Shown here in pieces: positions 25,706 through 35,809 of a stretch of DNA of 64,000 nucleotides. The translations under genes were made by a program, and so were the position numbers. Each line of letters begins with the position of its first letter. Position 1 is the stretch's first letter. A model generated the notes under the pieces. It was not told the DNA's origin. It made no database searches and worked only from the letters and a program-made list of their open reading frames with translations. Source of the stretch: Antedon mediterranea (lineage: Eukaryota > Animalia > Echinodermata); assembly GCF_964355755.1 (NCBI RefSeq), contig NC_092672.1:15748001-15812000 (forward strand), given 5' to 3'.

Positions 25706-27954
25706 TTACACTGCGGAGCATTATTCCCACCTCTGTGCGTAATATATATTTAAGAAAAACATATGGTATTTTAATAAATTGCAAAAAAATATTAATTGAG
25801 ATAATTGTGTAATTATTTTTGTGGTGTGTGATGGGCAAAGGGTTAGTCTACAGTTAGGTATAAAAAAAAAAGTAATTTGCATATTGATGACGTCATGTGA
25901 CGTCATTACAGGTATTTTGGATTTCGTGTTTTCTATCGAATCAATGATAAAAACTATATTTTCTATAAGAAATTCTTATGGAATACGTTTTTCCAACTGG
26001 ATATTAATGAAGATACGTACAAAAAAAAAAAAAAAAAAAATTGAATTATTTTTATTGTTTTATAAAAATTATTCACAAATCAAAATTTTGGGGCAAAATC
26101 ATGAAAATAATGACATTTTACAAAAATTCACTATAGTACAAAAACTAACTATTGTTTCAGAATTTTTTTTTTTGCGTGTTGTGATAAACACAATGTTGCC
26201 CTACTGGGGCTGGTAAATTTTGGTTACTTTCAAAATGGCCGCCATTACGCTACTCAAAACAACTTTCCAAGATATAATACTATTAAATACTATACTATAT
26301 AATATAACTATAGAGGGCGCATTATTTTCAAGACGATAATACAACTATAGAGGGCGATTTTTTTTGCTGGAAATTTTTTTTTTATGACTTGCAAAAATAT
26401 TCAAGTCCTTCGAAAAAATATAGAGGGTATTATAGGCAAATACGATTAAATCATTGTTTTGCCCATACCCAGTATTACCGTGTATACGTATTTCAATGAC
26501 GTCTGTTTATACCCGGTAGTACCGCGGTATACGCAGTGAAAGGATGGTTAAATAAACAACTTTATATATTTTATAAAACTTTAATAACAAGTTTTATTGA
26601 TATTTCTAATGGCAATATATAAAATATATTACTAAAAAACTAAATTTTAACAAAAAATAGCATAGTTAATACAATTGTCGACTGAAGACGCAAATTGTTT
26701 ACATACTTCGTGGCCGGCTAAAAACAATCATTTCCGGCAATGTTTTAGACCCTATATTTAAAAAACTACAAGTCAGATTTTTGTAATTCTTTCTTAATTG
26801 TAATATTAATACAAAATACTAACAGATAATATTTAATTTGGTTGAAAAATAACAACTTTTAATTTTACATCGTTATCCCTATATAGACAACATGAATTAT
26901 TATATTATGCAGTCCTAGATTGATCACCATCATGTATAGGTAATGACACTAAGGTCGTGTTCGTACGGTGGTTAAAATAAGCGCTTAATTTCACCCATGC
27001 CTCGGGTTATAAATTGAGCGTTGTTCGTACTTGAAATATTTAACCGCTTATAAATGCTTAATCAATGAATCACAAACCGGAAATTACGTTTTAAGGTCAG
27101 TTGTCTTTACAACCTACGACCCCATTTTCGCACGCTAGTTTCGTGTTGTATATTTTTTACTCGCGATCTTTCTTTACAATAACAATTACTTGCTACCTTT
27201 TACACTGCTTATCCTTGCGACAAACCTTATGCCTCTTAACGCCGATAATCTTGCCGAAATATGCCTTCTCCTGACGACCATTATTTTACTCCTTGACGAA
27301 GAATTTGAGCCCAATGTAACACGAAACACCACCCATGTAGACCAGCTAGGCCTACTAAGCGGTCTACACCAACAAGGACAGCACCAGCTGACGATCGCTC
27401 TCGAAGCGTGTATGGAAGAGCTTCGTAGGAGAAATGACGGGCCTAGGCAGCGAACGTTTGTCAAAATTTGACACATTGCCTCTATCGGAGATTTATTATC
27501 CTCGGAGGCCGAGTATAATTGGATTATCGCTGAAATAACCTGCAAATTTGGTGAACATTTTGCCTCGAATTTTTTGTAGCCTGAGGCAAAAGTTAATTGG
27601 ATCACGCGAACGGAAATCGGGAATAAGCTGGTATTTTCAACCCCTACGAACAGGCCCTAATTTTGTCAGCAAATTGGCAATTCCTGTCCTCCCCGAATTC
27701 AAAATACTGGAATCGCTACTGTTCCCAGCCACTGTCCACATAACATTCAATCTTCTCGGGCATAACACATTGCCTACTCCATACCTCAACTGCCCAGCAT
27801 TCTGTCCATTTGTCGTGCTTGCATACCTGCTGCACAATTCCCCTATGGAAAACAGTTTTAGTCTACTCCATATTCAGGCCTAAACTTCCTCCATGTCTAC
27901 TCCCCTCAGCCCTGCTCTCAGCCATCTCCCTCTTCTCCCCATGCCTTCCCAGTA

Positions 27955-29030
27955 GGGTGTCACGAAACCTAAGACCACGAAAGCTAAGACCCCCTAAGAC
28001 CTAAGATCACGAAAGCTAAGACTCAAGACCTAAGATTACAAATATTTATCTTTCGCACCTGCCTTGTATTTTAACTCCCAACATTTATTCTGAATACCAC
28101 ACCTTAGAATTGGCACTTTCATGAAAAAGAATCACATAAAAAGTAACAAATACATTTTTAAGTTGATGATTTTACAGACGTTTTTCTCGTACACAAAATG
28201 ACTAGCCTACAGACAGTATAGTACACTAGTAGGCCTACCCGGCATGTTCAATGTTTTTGTTTCTATGGAACGTCAAAAGAGCAAAAATTATATAGAGGGC
28301 TGAAAACTCTGTGGAGTCCATCTACATAAACAATGTAAAATTAAAATTGTAATGATAATAGTATAATCATGCAAGTACAAAGAAATAAATACTGGCAAAT
28401 AAATTTTAACTTAAAAATCAATCAAGTTTTTTTGTTTCGTTTTCTTTCTGTTTTTATACTTGTACTATTATTGTTGCTCTTTTGGCGCGCCATAGAAACA
28501 AAAACATTGAGCGGGGAGCTCGAGGAGTTACATTACAGTATACAAAGAAACACGCCTGTAAAATCATCAATTTAAAGGATTTATTTATTTGTTATTATGT
28601 GTTTCTCCTTCTAAAAGTACTTATAAGTCCTAATTTTAAAGTGTGGTATTCAGGATAAAGTTAGTCAACAAATTTGGAGTCAAAATACAAGAAAGGCAGG
28701 TGCGTAAGAAAAACATCCTCTGAACCAACACATTGGAGTAAATATATACCAACAAACAACCCGTCAAGTTTGTTTGTTGTAAAGAAAAAATATACATCTA
28801 CTCAACGGGCGAAAATAATGTGAGTTTATCTATGTTTTTCGGTAGTATTAAATTATATTTATGGTAATAAATGAAACCTACTGTGTTTAAAATTATGTAT
28901 GGATAAACAAGTATTGTTTTTAAGCTGTAGTATATCTTAGAATTTGTAATATTAGGTCTTGGGTCTTAGCTTTTGTGATCTTAGGTCTTAGGGGGTCTTA
29001 GCTTTCGTGGTCTTAGGTTTCGTGACACCC
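27955..29030. mobile_element. Foldback/MULE-like non-autonomous DNA transposon, copy 2 (inverted relative to copy 1), 10-bp TSD
   Basis: Same TIRs as 20337-21424; TSD CTTCCCAGTA at 27945-27954 and 29031-29040. Confidence 0.88.
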
Positions 29031-29559
29031 CTTCCCAGTATAGTCCTTCTTCTCTACTTGCTCTCAAGCCATGATCATCTCGCTCCCTGTCTGCTCTCCT
29101 CCATCAGCTCTTTCCCAACTCCACCCTTTTTTGCTCTTCAGAGAATTAGCCTATCATGTGACCATTATCCTGGCCAATCAGCTTTCACATATACCATAAA
29201 TTTGTTACCCTATTGTCAAGAATTTCATTTTTTCTGCTTTGCAGCAGATTTTCTGAAATTCTTAAATTGACTATAAATATAAACCTAACAACCTTTTTAA
29301 AATGAAACTTGACACATATGATTCATGTCAAGAGTCATCTCCGTACACACGCTTTGAAAGTTAAAAATACTCAAAATCAATTTCTAATCAAATGAGAGCA
29401 CAGGACATTTTAAGCATTTTACATTTTACACAAATGTGCGCGTTGCACACACACTTAATGCGCACAGCTTGTTTGCGGCTTAGAAAAAAACGTTTTTGCG
29501 CTTGATATTTTATTCTTTGTACCTTTTATGTTACTAAATGGCTGGATATGGTAATCTTG

Positions 29560-30440
29560 CACATAAAATTAAACAATTAAATGAGACTTACCTGCAAGTT
29601 GAAGTTTGGTTGTGGTTCTACACTGCCCTCCAGTTGATAGTAGGAATTTGGTGTATTGCACACCTGCTCTATAAGCATGTGACGTAGCTACAGAACGTAT
29701 ACTATGAGATTTAAATATACCTGTGTCAATTCCAGATTTTTGACATCATATCTTTTATTCACTTTATTCCTCTATGAGGCCATGTTACTGATGTTACCAA
29801 TTGTGCAAACTATAATCTGTGATAGAGCACTCCTTGCGGTGTTAACCGCACTATAGCCTAGTCCAAATGAAGCATAGTAAGAAATTCTAAAACTGATTCT
29901 ATAGGAGGTTTAACAGGTTTGACTGAAGGAGTAAGTTGGTAGTCCCCTGAAAAATGTTTCTCTGTCAGCACATTTCCCTGATAACCTTACCGCTATCAAT
30001 ATAATCTTCTCTTGTCGTACGTTAGTAACAAGTTCATCCTCGGTATGATAATAGGGTTGTCTATCAGTAGATCCATCAATGTTGTAAAGCAAGGTTGGTT
30101 TGGGCCTTCAATTTGGGGAAAGGGGGCAATTATATTTTTGAATTGGGTATTAATTTTTTGTCTGTTGTCCACCAGCTTAATTCCTTCCTCAAATTGTTTG
30201 TGATACACATCATAGCATCAAAGTTGCCCGTGTTTCTTTTTAATGCAAAGTCCTTAGCAAATTCTAAATTCCTGTAATGCAAAGGCCCCATATTTACTGC
30301 CGGGAAGCTTTCCACAACACTTCCGATGACTTTTGCTACCCCTCTAATGGTATCCTCTTTTTTGGTAAAAGTATCTGAGCATAAACGTTTTATGTTGTCC
30401 TCTTTTTCTTTGGGTAATGTAACCTTAATGCTTATTCTTC
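29560..30440 (-). mobile_element. Degenerate DIRS1-type tyrosine recombinase retrotransposon
   Basis: RT-thumb region VTLPKEK...VAKVIG...FPAVNMGPLHYRNLE...ELSWW; MT-like QPCFTTLMDLLIDNPIIIP; YR remnants LGYSAVNTARSALS and GIDTGIFKSHSIRSVATS. Confidence 0.75.
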
Positions 30441-30756
30441 TTAGTGTAGTCTTCTGCAATAAGCAAAAACTACTCGTTAACACATGCACGATCACATCTT
30501 ATGGAATTACCACATCAACCCAGAGGGCAGTGTAGAATTCATGATAATGGCACCTCTAATTCGCCAGAAATGACACTCTATATCGGGCTATACGCTATCA
30601 AACACCTGACTAACAATAGAATAACATTTTTTGCGTTCGATGTGAAGGTCAGAGGAAGTCGAAATCCCCGACAAAGGCACTTCCGGTAAGCTAATACATT
30701 CTGCCAATTATAATCAATTAATACAAATTAATTATTATTATCAATTAATAATTTTA

Positions 30757-30870
30757 AAAAGTTGAAGGTGCTGCTATAAATATATTGGGCAAAAAAAGTT
30801 GAAACTGCTGCTATAAATATATTGGGCAAAAAAAGTTGAAACTGCTGCTATAAATATATTGAGCAAAACG
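30757..30870. repeat. 37-bp tandem repeat (3 copies) inside a dispersed repeat that recurs at about 49841-50007
   Basis: CTGCTATAAATATATTG at 30771, 30808 and 30845. Confidence 0.8.
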
Positions 30871-30877
30871 CTGAATT

Positions 30878-31090
30878 GTCGTGAGGTGGTTTCCCGAAAG
30901 ATCGTAAAATCAAAACGGTACTGGGTATGACCAACTAGCGTTATTGTCACCGGCTAGTCATCCATTCATAGAAGTACTAATGTAGTAGCCTACCTGTACG
31001 GTGACCATAGAATGTGACCCGAGGCATGACTAACTACGACTTTTAGATGATAGAAAGTTGAGAAAAATTGTTACGAGTAGTTTTACGACA
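30878..31090 (-). repeat. 3' pseudo-LTR of the EN-minus PLE
   Basis: Matches 35039-35251 base for base by eye (offset 4161). Confidence 0.9.
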
Positions 31091-31279
31091 TGAAGATGTT
31101 TATGAAATTATGTTAAAGATGTAAAAACATATTACATTGGTATATAAACAGTAATGAGTGTTAGTAAAAATAATATAATGTAAAAAAGATATAAGGAAGA
31201 AAAGCAAAGAGATTATGGAGCGGCTGTACCTGAATATACAATATAAATATTGTAAGGTTAAAAACTAGAAATTTAGGCG

Positions 31280-31350
31280 ATCTTGTCAAAGGTCAAGCAC
31301 CTTCAGCCTGCCACGTTTCGATATTCAATATTGAACTTGACCTGACGTGG
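31280..31350 (-). ncRNA. Putative permuted/pseudoknotted hammerhead ribozyme
   Basis: CCACGU-C-AGGUCAAG ... AUC-GAAA-CGUGG ... CUUGACCU-UUGACAA-GAU: stems III (6 bp), I (8 bp) and II (3 bp), with core nucleotides in register. Confidence 0.55.
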
Positions 31351-32191
31351 TTCCACAATATCTTTATATGAAAAATTTGTAGAGTGGATAGAAAATTATT
31401 AAACTGGTTATTGTTAAATTGTTTTTAAAATACGTTGTTCGTTTTAATGTTAAACAATGTTTAAATTTTCTCACCTTTTTAGAAAAAATATTATTTCAAT
31501 ATGAAGGAGATTGAAAGTTTATGTTACGTACTTGTTTCTGTGTATACAGGACGCTAAAAAATTATTAAAATTATTATGCCTAGGCCTAGGCCTAACTAGC
31601 CTAGCTTAGATAGGATTTACGTAATATGATTAAATTTTATAGTTTAACTGAATGTAATTTAAAGTAGAATTTATTTAGTTCTAAATATAATATTAATTAG
31701 TCTTACCTTGTGTACAAAGCTATTTATTTGGTTTGGATTTTACAGAAAAAATGACAATGTCGGAGCTGTAGAAAATTTAATATGTTTTTACCGACCTTTC
31801 CTTAGTGAGAATGTTATGTTTGAAAGTAACAGGTTCGAATGTTTGCTATGCGCGTGTGTTAGAACGCGTTATTGAAATTGACGCGGGTGTTTATGATTAC
31901 GCGTAAAGGTCTGTATATATTATTCTTATTATTAATTAACGTACAGGGAAAATTTTCATTTAAAAATTTTGTCAAAAGGTAAATTTATGTCAATAAAAAT
32001 GGGTGCTTATAATATATTTAATCTGGTATAAAAACATTTTATAAGTCATAAAAAATTCAAAATGAATGAATAAATATAGAGGTAAACATAATGGTACAGT
32101 ATGCACAACGATTTATTTGACAAAATAAAGGTGTTTATAATACAAGAATATTATAAAATACAACAATTTAGTATTAAAATATTATAATACG

Positions 32192-32193
<2 letters not shown>

Positions 32194-32229
<36 letters not shown>
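32194..32229 (+). repeat. A36 tract (T36 on the RT sense strand) just after the RT stop codon
   Basis: Direct reading. Confidence 0.9.
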
Positions 32230-32236
<7 letters not shown>

Positions 32237-32262
32237 TATATAAATTATACAAAACTTTTAAT

Positions 32263-34757
32263 TTAATATGTTTGATAGGTTGCCAGTTTGTTGTGCAATT
32301 GTTTATTAGTGCAGCATATTTGTTTAATCTTTCTGTCGTTATAAAAAACGTATTGTATTTTATACTTGTTTTTGAGTAGGTGTTTGTGGTTATTTATAAT
32401 ACCTTGCATAATATTTGTTTTATCTGTGGTTTTATCAAATTTGGTTTTAATACAAATTGTTTGTTTATTAATATTCTTTGTAATCTTTTCTTTGGGGTTC
32501 TGTTGAAAATGTGTCAAATGTTTATTTATGAATTTATGGCTGTAACCTATTTTCTTTAGTCGTAAAGAGAAGAGGGAGGTGATGTGTAGATATTCTTTTA
32601 TATTACATGAAAGTCGGTTATAACGATGGGACTCTGTTTTGATAATACCTTTAAAAATTGATGGGTTATGGTTGGATGTTTTATGAATGTATGTATATTT
32701 TTGGTATGGTTTTTGATATATTGAGTAGTGTATTTTGTTTGTTGTTAGTGTTGTATAGTTGATGGAAATGTGTGTGTCCAAATATATCATGTTAGTAGTA
32801 TTAAAAGTAAAGTTGAGTGGAATATTGTGTGGGTAGATGTTGGATATGGATTTAATAAGGTCAAGAGAATTAATTTTAGGGTTGCTGATAATTAGTGCGC
32901 CGTCGTCTATGAATCGGGTAAATAAGAAGTTGGAAGGGTTTAGTTGAAATCTTTGTTTTAATGTGGTGAGGAAGTTTAATTCTTTCAAAAGGAGGGTAAG
33001 ATTAGCGATTTGGGCGCTGTGGTAAGACCCCATAATGATTCCCTGTATTTGCTTATATAATAAGGTCCGGCTTTGAAGTATGCGTTTTTATTAATTATGT
33101 TGTTTAATTTTGTGAGATATAATTTGGTTTCATTGTTAACATTTAAGAGGTCGCAGGCATTTGTGATGGTGTCATTGGTATCTTGTATAGTGATGTTAGT
33201 GTAAAGGCTTTCGAAGTCCCAGGAAATAAAGAAATTTGTGTCGGAGAATTTTGTGTTAATTAATTGTGTTTTGGAAACAAATTCGTTTGAGTTTTCAATA
33301 ATGGGAAAGGGTACATTTTTGTCATAGAACATATCTTTAATTTTGTTTAAAATTAATTTAAGATGGTGGCCTAGTGTTTTGGATAGGGGGGTAGTAGTCC
33401 AGCTATGGGCTGTAATAATTGGTCGTCCTTTAAGGTCTTGTTCTGTTTCGGGTGAGGGTGGTTTTTTAAGTTTATGGGGTTTGGGTAGAATCTTGAGGGT
33501 AGGTAATTGTAATTTGGAGTTATCGATCCAGTTTATAATTTGGTTGATTTCTTTGATAAAATCGTGGTCTTTGATGTCTGTATCATTAATTAGTTTAATC
33601 ATGTCATTTCGAACTTTAAGTTTTAATTTTGTTATATAATTTCTTTCATCAATTTTAGGATCGACTTTTTGATATATTTCGTTGTTAAGTTGTCTATCAT
33701 ATTCTTGTTTGTACCATTTTGTAGTATTAAGGCATAAACCTAAATTCTTGTCTGATGTTTGTATTATTATTTCTGGGTTTTTGGCAAGTGTTTTCAATTG
33801 TTTGAGTTGTGATTTAGTTGTATTTCTTTTATCTATACATCTAAAATTTTCGATGCATTCTTGGTTTAGTTCTTCGATATTGTTGTAGCAGAAAGCAGTT
33901 GTGTTTGGTTTAATGTGAGGATGTGTAATTAATTCATGGAAAAGTGTTTTGTGTTTATTACGTATAGGCAATGAGTGTGGTTTAGTGTGAGTTGTTTTGA
34001 TTTTATGCTTGTAAATGTCATGTTTCAACATTGTTGTAAAGGAGGACTTCATATCGTTATGTAGTTCTGTTTTAATCTGCTGTCCGTTCTTGAAGGTTGT
34101 GGGTATAAACGATGGTCCCTTGTTCAATATTGTTTTGGTGTGTTTATTGATTTTAAAGTTAGTAAAATTGTGGAAGTTCAAATCATCTTTCTTGTTTTCG
34201 TTTCTAATTTCGTCTTCCTTCTTTTTAGCATCATAGTTTTTCATAAGTTTTTTAATTAGTATTGTGTGCAAAACACTTCTCTGTTGACATAAATTATTTG
34301 CATAGTCAAAATCTGAGGTGGTTTTTTTAAAAACGTATTTCTTATTAATTGCATTCTTCTGTTTAATTTCTTCGATTGTATCTTTATATTTCTGTAAGAT
34401 ACTTTGTTTCAAGAGTTGTGTTTGTCGGTATCTATGTTTAATAATATCGCTCAATTCTTCCAATGTGTTAATATTGTCGCTCAATTCGGTGTCCTCAATA
34501 CTTTCCCCGGTATTTATATTAATGGTATAATTCCTGATTTGGCTGATTTTGTTGTCAACGAATTTTATTTCTACGTTATGGTTGTTGTTTATTTTGAGTA
34601 GGCTAGGTGTCAGTTGTTCTATTTTGTTATAATATCGACTACAGTTAATTATTTCTTCTCTGAAAATATTTTTAGTCGTCTTGGTAGGTATCCTATTCCA
34701 TTCGTTGATTGTTGTAATTTTCCTAATATCTTTTGGTTTAAATGTTGGATGAACCAT
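32263..34757 (-). CDS. PLE reverse transcriptase of about 830 aa, split by one frameshift near 33055
   Basis: KGPSFIPT, SDKNLGL, LPKPHK, KGRPII..HSWTTTPLSK, SWDFESLYTNI, then after the shift KQIQGIIMGSYHSAQIANL, RFIDD, IYLD, YQKPYQKYTYIHKTSNH, GIIKTESHRY. No nuclease motif follows. Confidence 0.85.
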
Positions 34758-35038
34758 ATTCTGTGGGTGTTTAAATAGTTATGTAATATTAAGCTTAAAA
34801 TAATTATTGTGTGTTGAAAAATTATATTGTGAAACATGATGTTTATGCTATGAATGTCGTACGTAGGTAAAGGAATAGAAAAAACAAGGATCTAAATGTA
34901 GAAAAATGAAAAAAGTAGTATAGAATGTAGAAATAGGAAAAGTTTGTTAATAAAAAGAATAGATTTTGAATGTGAGGAATGACTTATGACGGTTAGATCC
35001 CACTAGAGATCTATGTCGGCTCCTAGGCCTGTATAATC

Positions 35039-35251
35039 GTCGTGAGGTGGTTTCCCGAAAGATCGTAAAATCAAAACGGTACTGGGTATGACCAACTAGC
35101 GTTATTGTCACCGGCTAGTCATCCATTCATAGAAGTACTAATGTAGTAGCCTACCTGTACGGTGACCATAGAATGTGACCCGAGGCATGACTAACTACGA
35201 CTTTTAGATGATAGAAAGTTGAGAAAAATTGTTACGAGTAGTTTTACGACA
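35039..35251 (-). repeat. 5' pseudo-LTR of the EN-minus PLE
   Basis: Identical to 30878-31090. Confidence 0.9.
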
Positions 35252-35283
35252 CACACTATTTGTATGCCTAGTGTGTAAACATT

Positions 35284-35525
35284 ATTGACATAATTTCATA
35301 AAGATCTTCATGTCGTACAACTACTCGTAACATTTTTTCTCAACTTCCTATCATCTAAAGTCGTAGTTAGTCATGCCTCGGGTCACATTCTATGGTCTCC
35401 GTACCGGTAGGCTACTACATCAGTACTTCTATGAATGGATGACTAGCCGGTGACAATAACGCTAGTTGGTCATACACAGTACCGTTTTTGATTTTACGAT
35501 CATTCGGGAAACCACCTCACGACGA
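35284..35525 (+). repeat. Inverted, slightly diverged pseudo-LTR copy
   Basis: Reverse complement matches 30878 to about 31115 with several substitutions (e.g. CGGAGACC vs CGGTGACC). Confidence 0.85.
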
Positions 35526-35809
35526 CGTATATATATTTTAATGTCATTGATGCATCACCCATTTACATTACGATTTTATCAATGATTTTATAGGAAAAGG
35601 GGGTAAAAATCAACATTAACAATTGTTACAATTTTCAATCGTTGAAGTTGAACCGAGTTCGATCGTTAAAACTGACCAATCAAATGGTTCACAAATTACG
35701 TCATCATAGTTTGTGAAAACATACGTATGCGATGACAATTCTTGAATTTTTACATATGACTTTAAAAGAGTACAAAAAAGGTTAAAAACATCAAGTGTAA
35801 GTAAAACTA

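Larger units (their letters stand above)
30878..35251 (-). mobile_element. Endonuclease-deficient (Coprina-like) Penelope-like retroelement with 213-bp direct terminal repeats
   Basis: Identical repeats 30878-31090 and 35039-35251 flank a PLE-type RT with no recognisable GIY-YIG. Confidence 0.85.

Noticed and set aside
30757-30870. Repeats synthesised telomerase-style by the adjacent PLE RT
   Set aside because: The unit belongs to a dispersed repeat also present at about 49841-50007, and I found no template for it in the PLE.
30878-31090. Canonical hammerhead within the 213-bp pseudo-LTR
   Set aside because: No CUGANGA/GAAA pair with supporting stems found on either strand.
33343-34601. Plus-strand ORFs opposite the PLE RT
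   Set aside because: Antisense shadows of an A-rich coding strand with no motifs.
32263-34757. Telomerase (TERT) gene
   Set aside because: Intronless, flanked by terminal repeats, no recognisable T motif, and the signatures are PLE-type.
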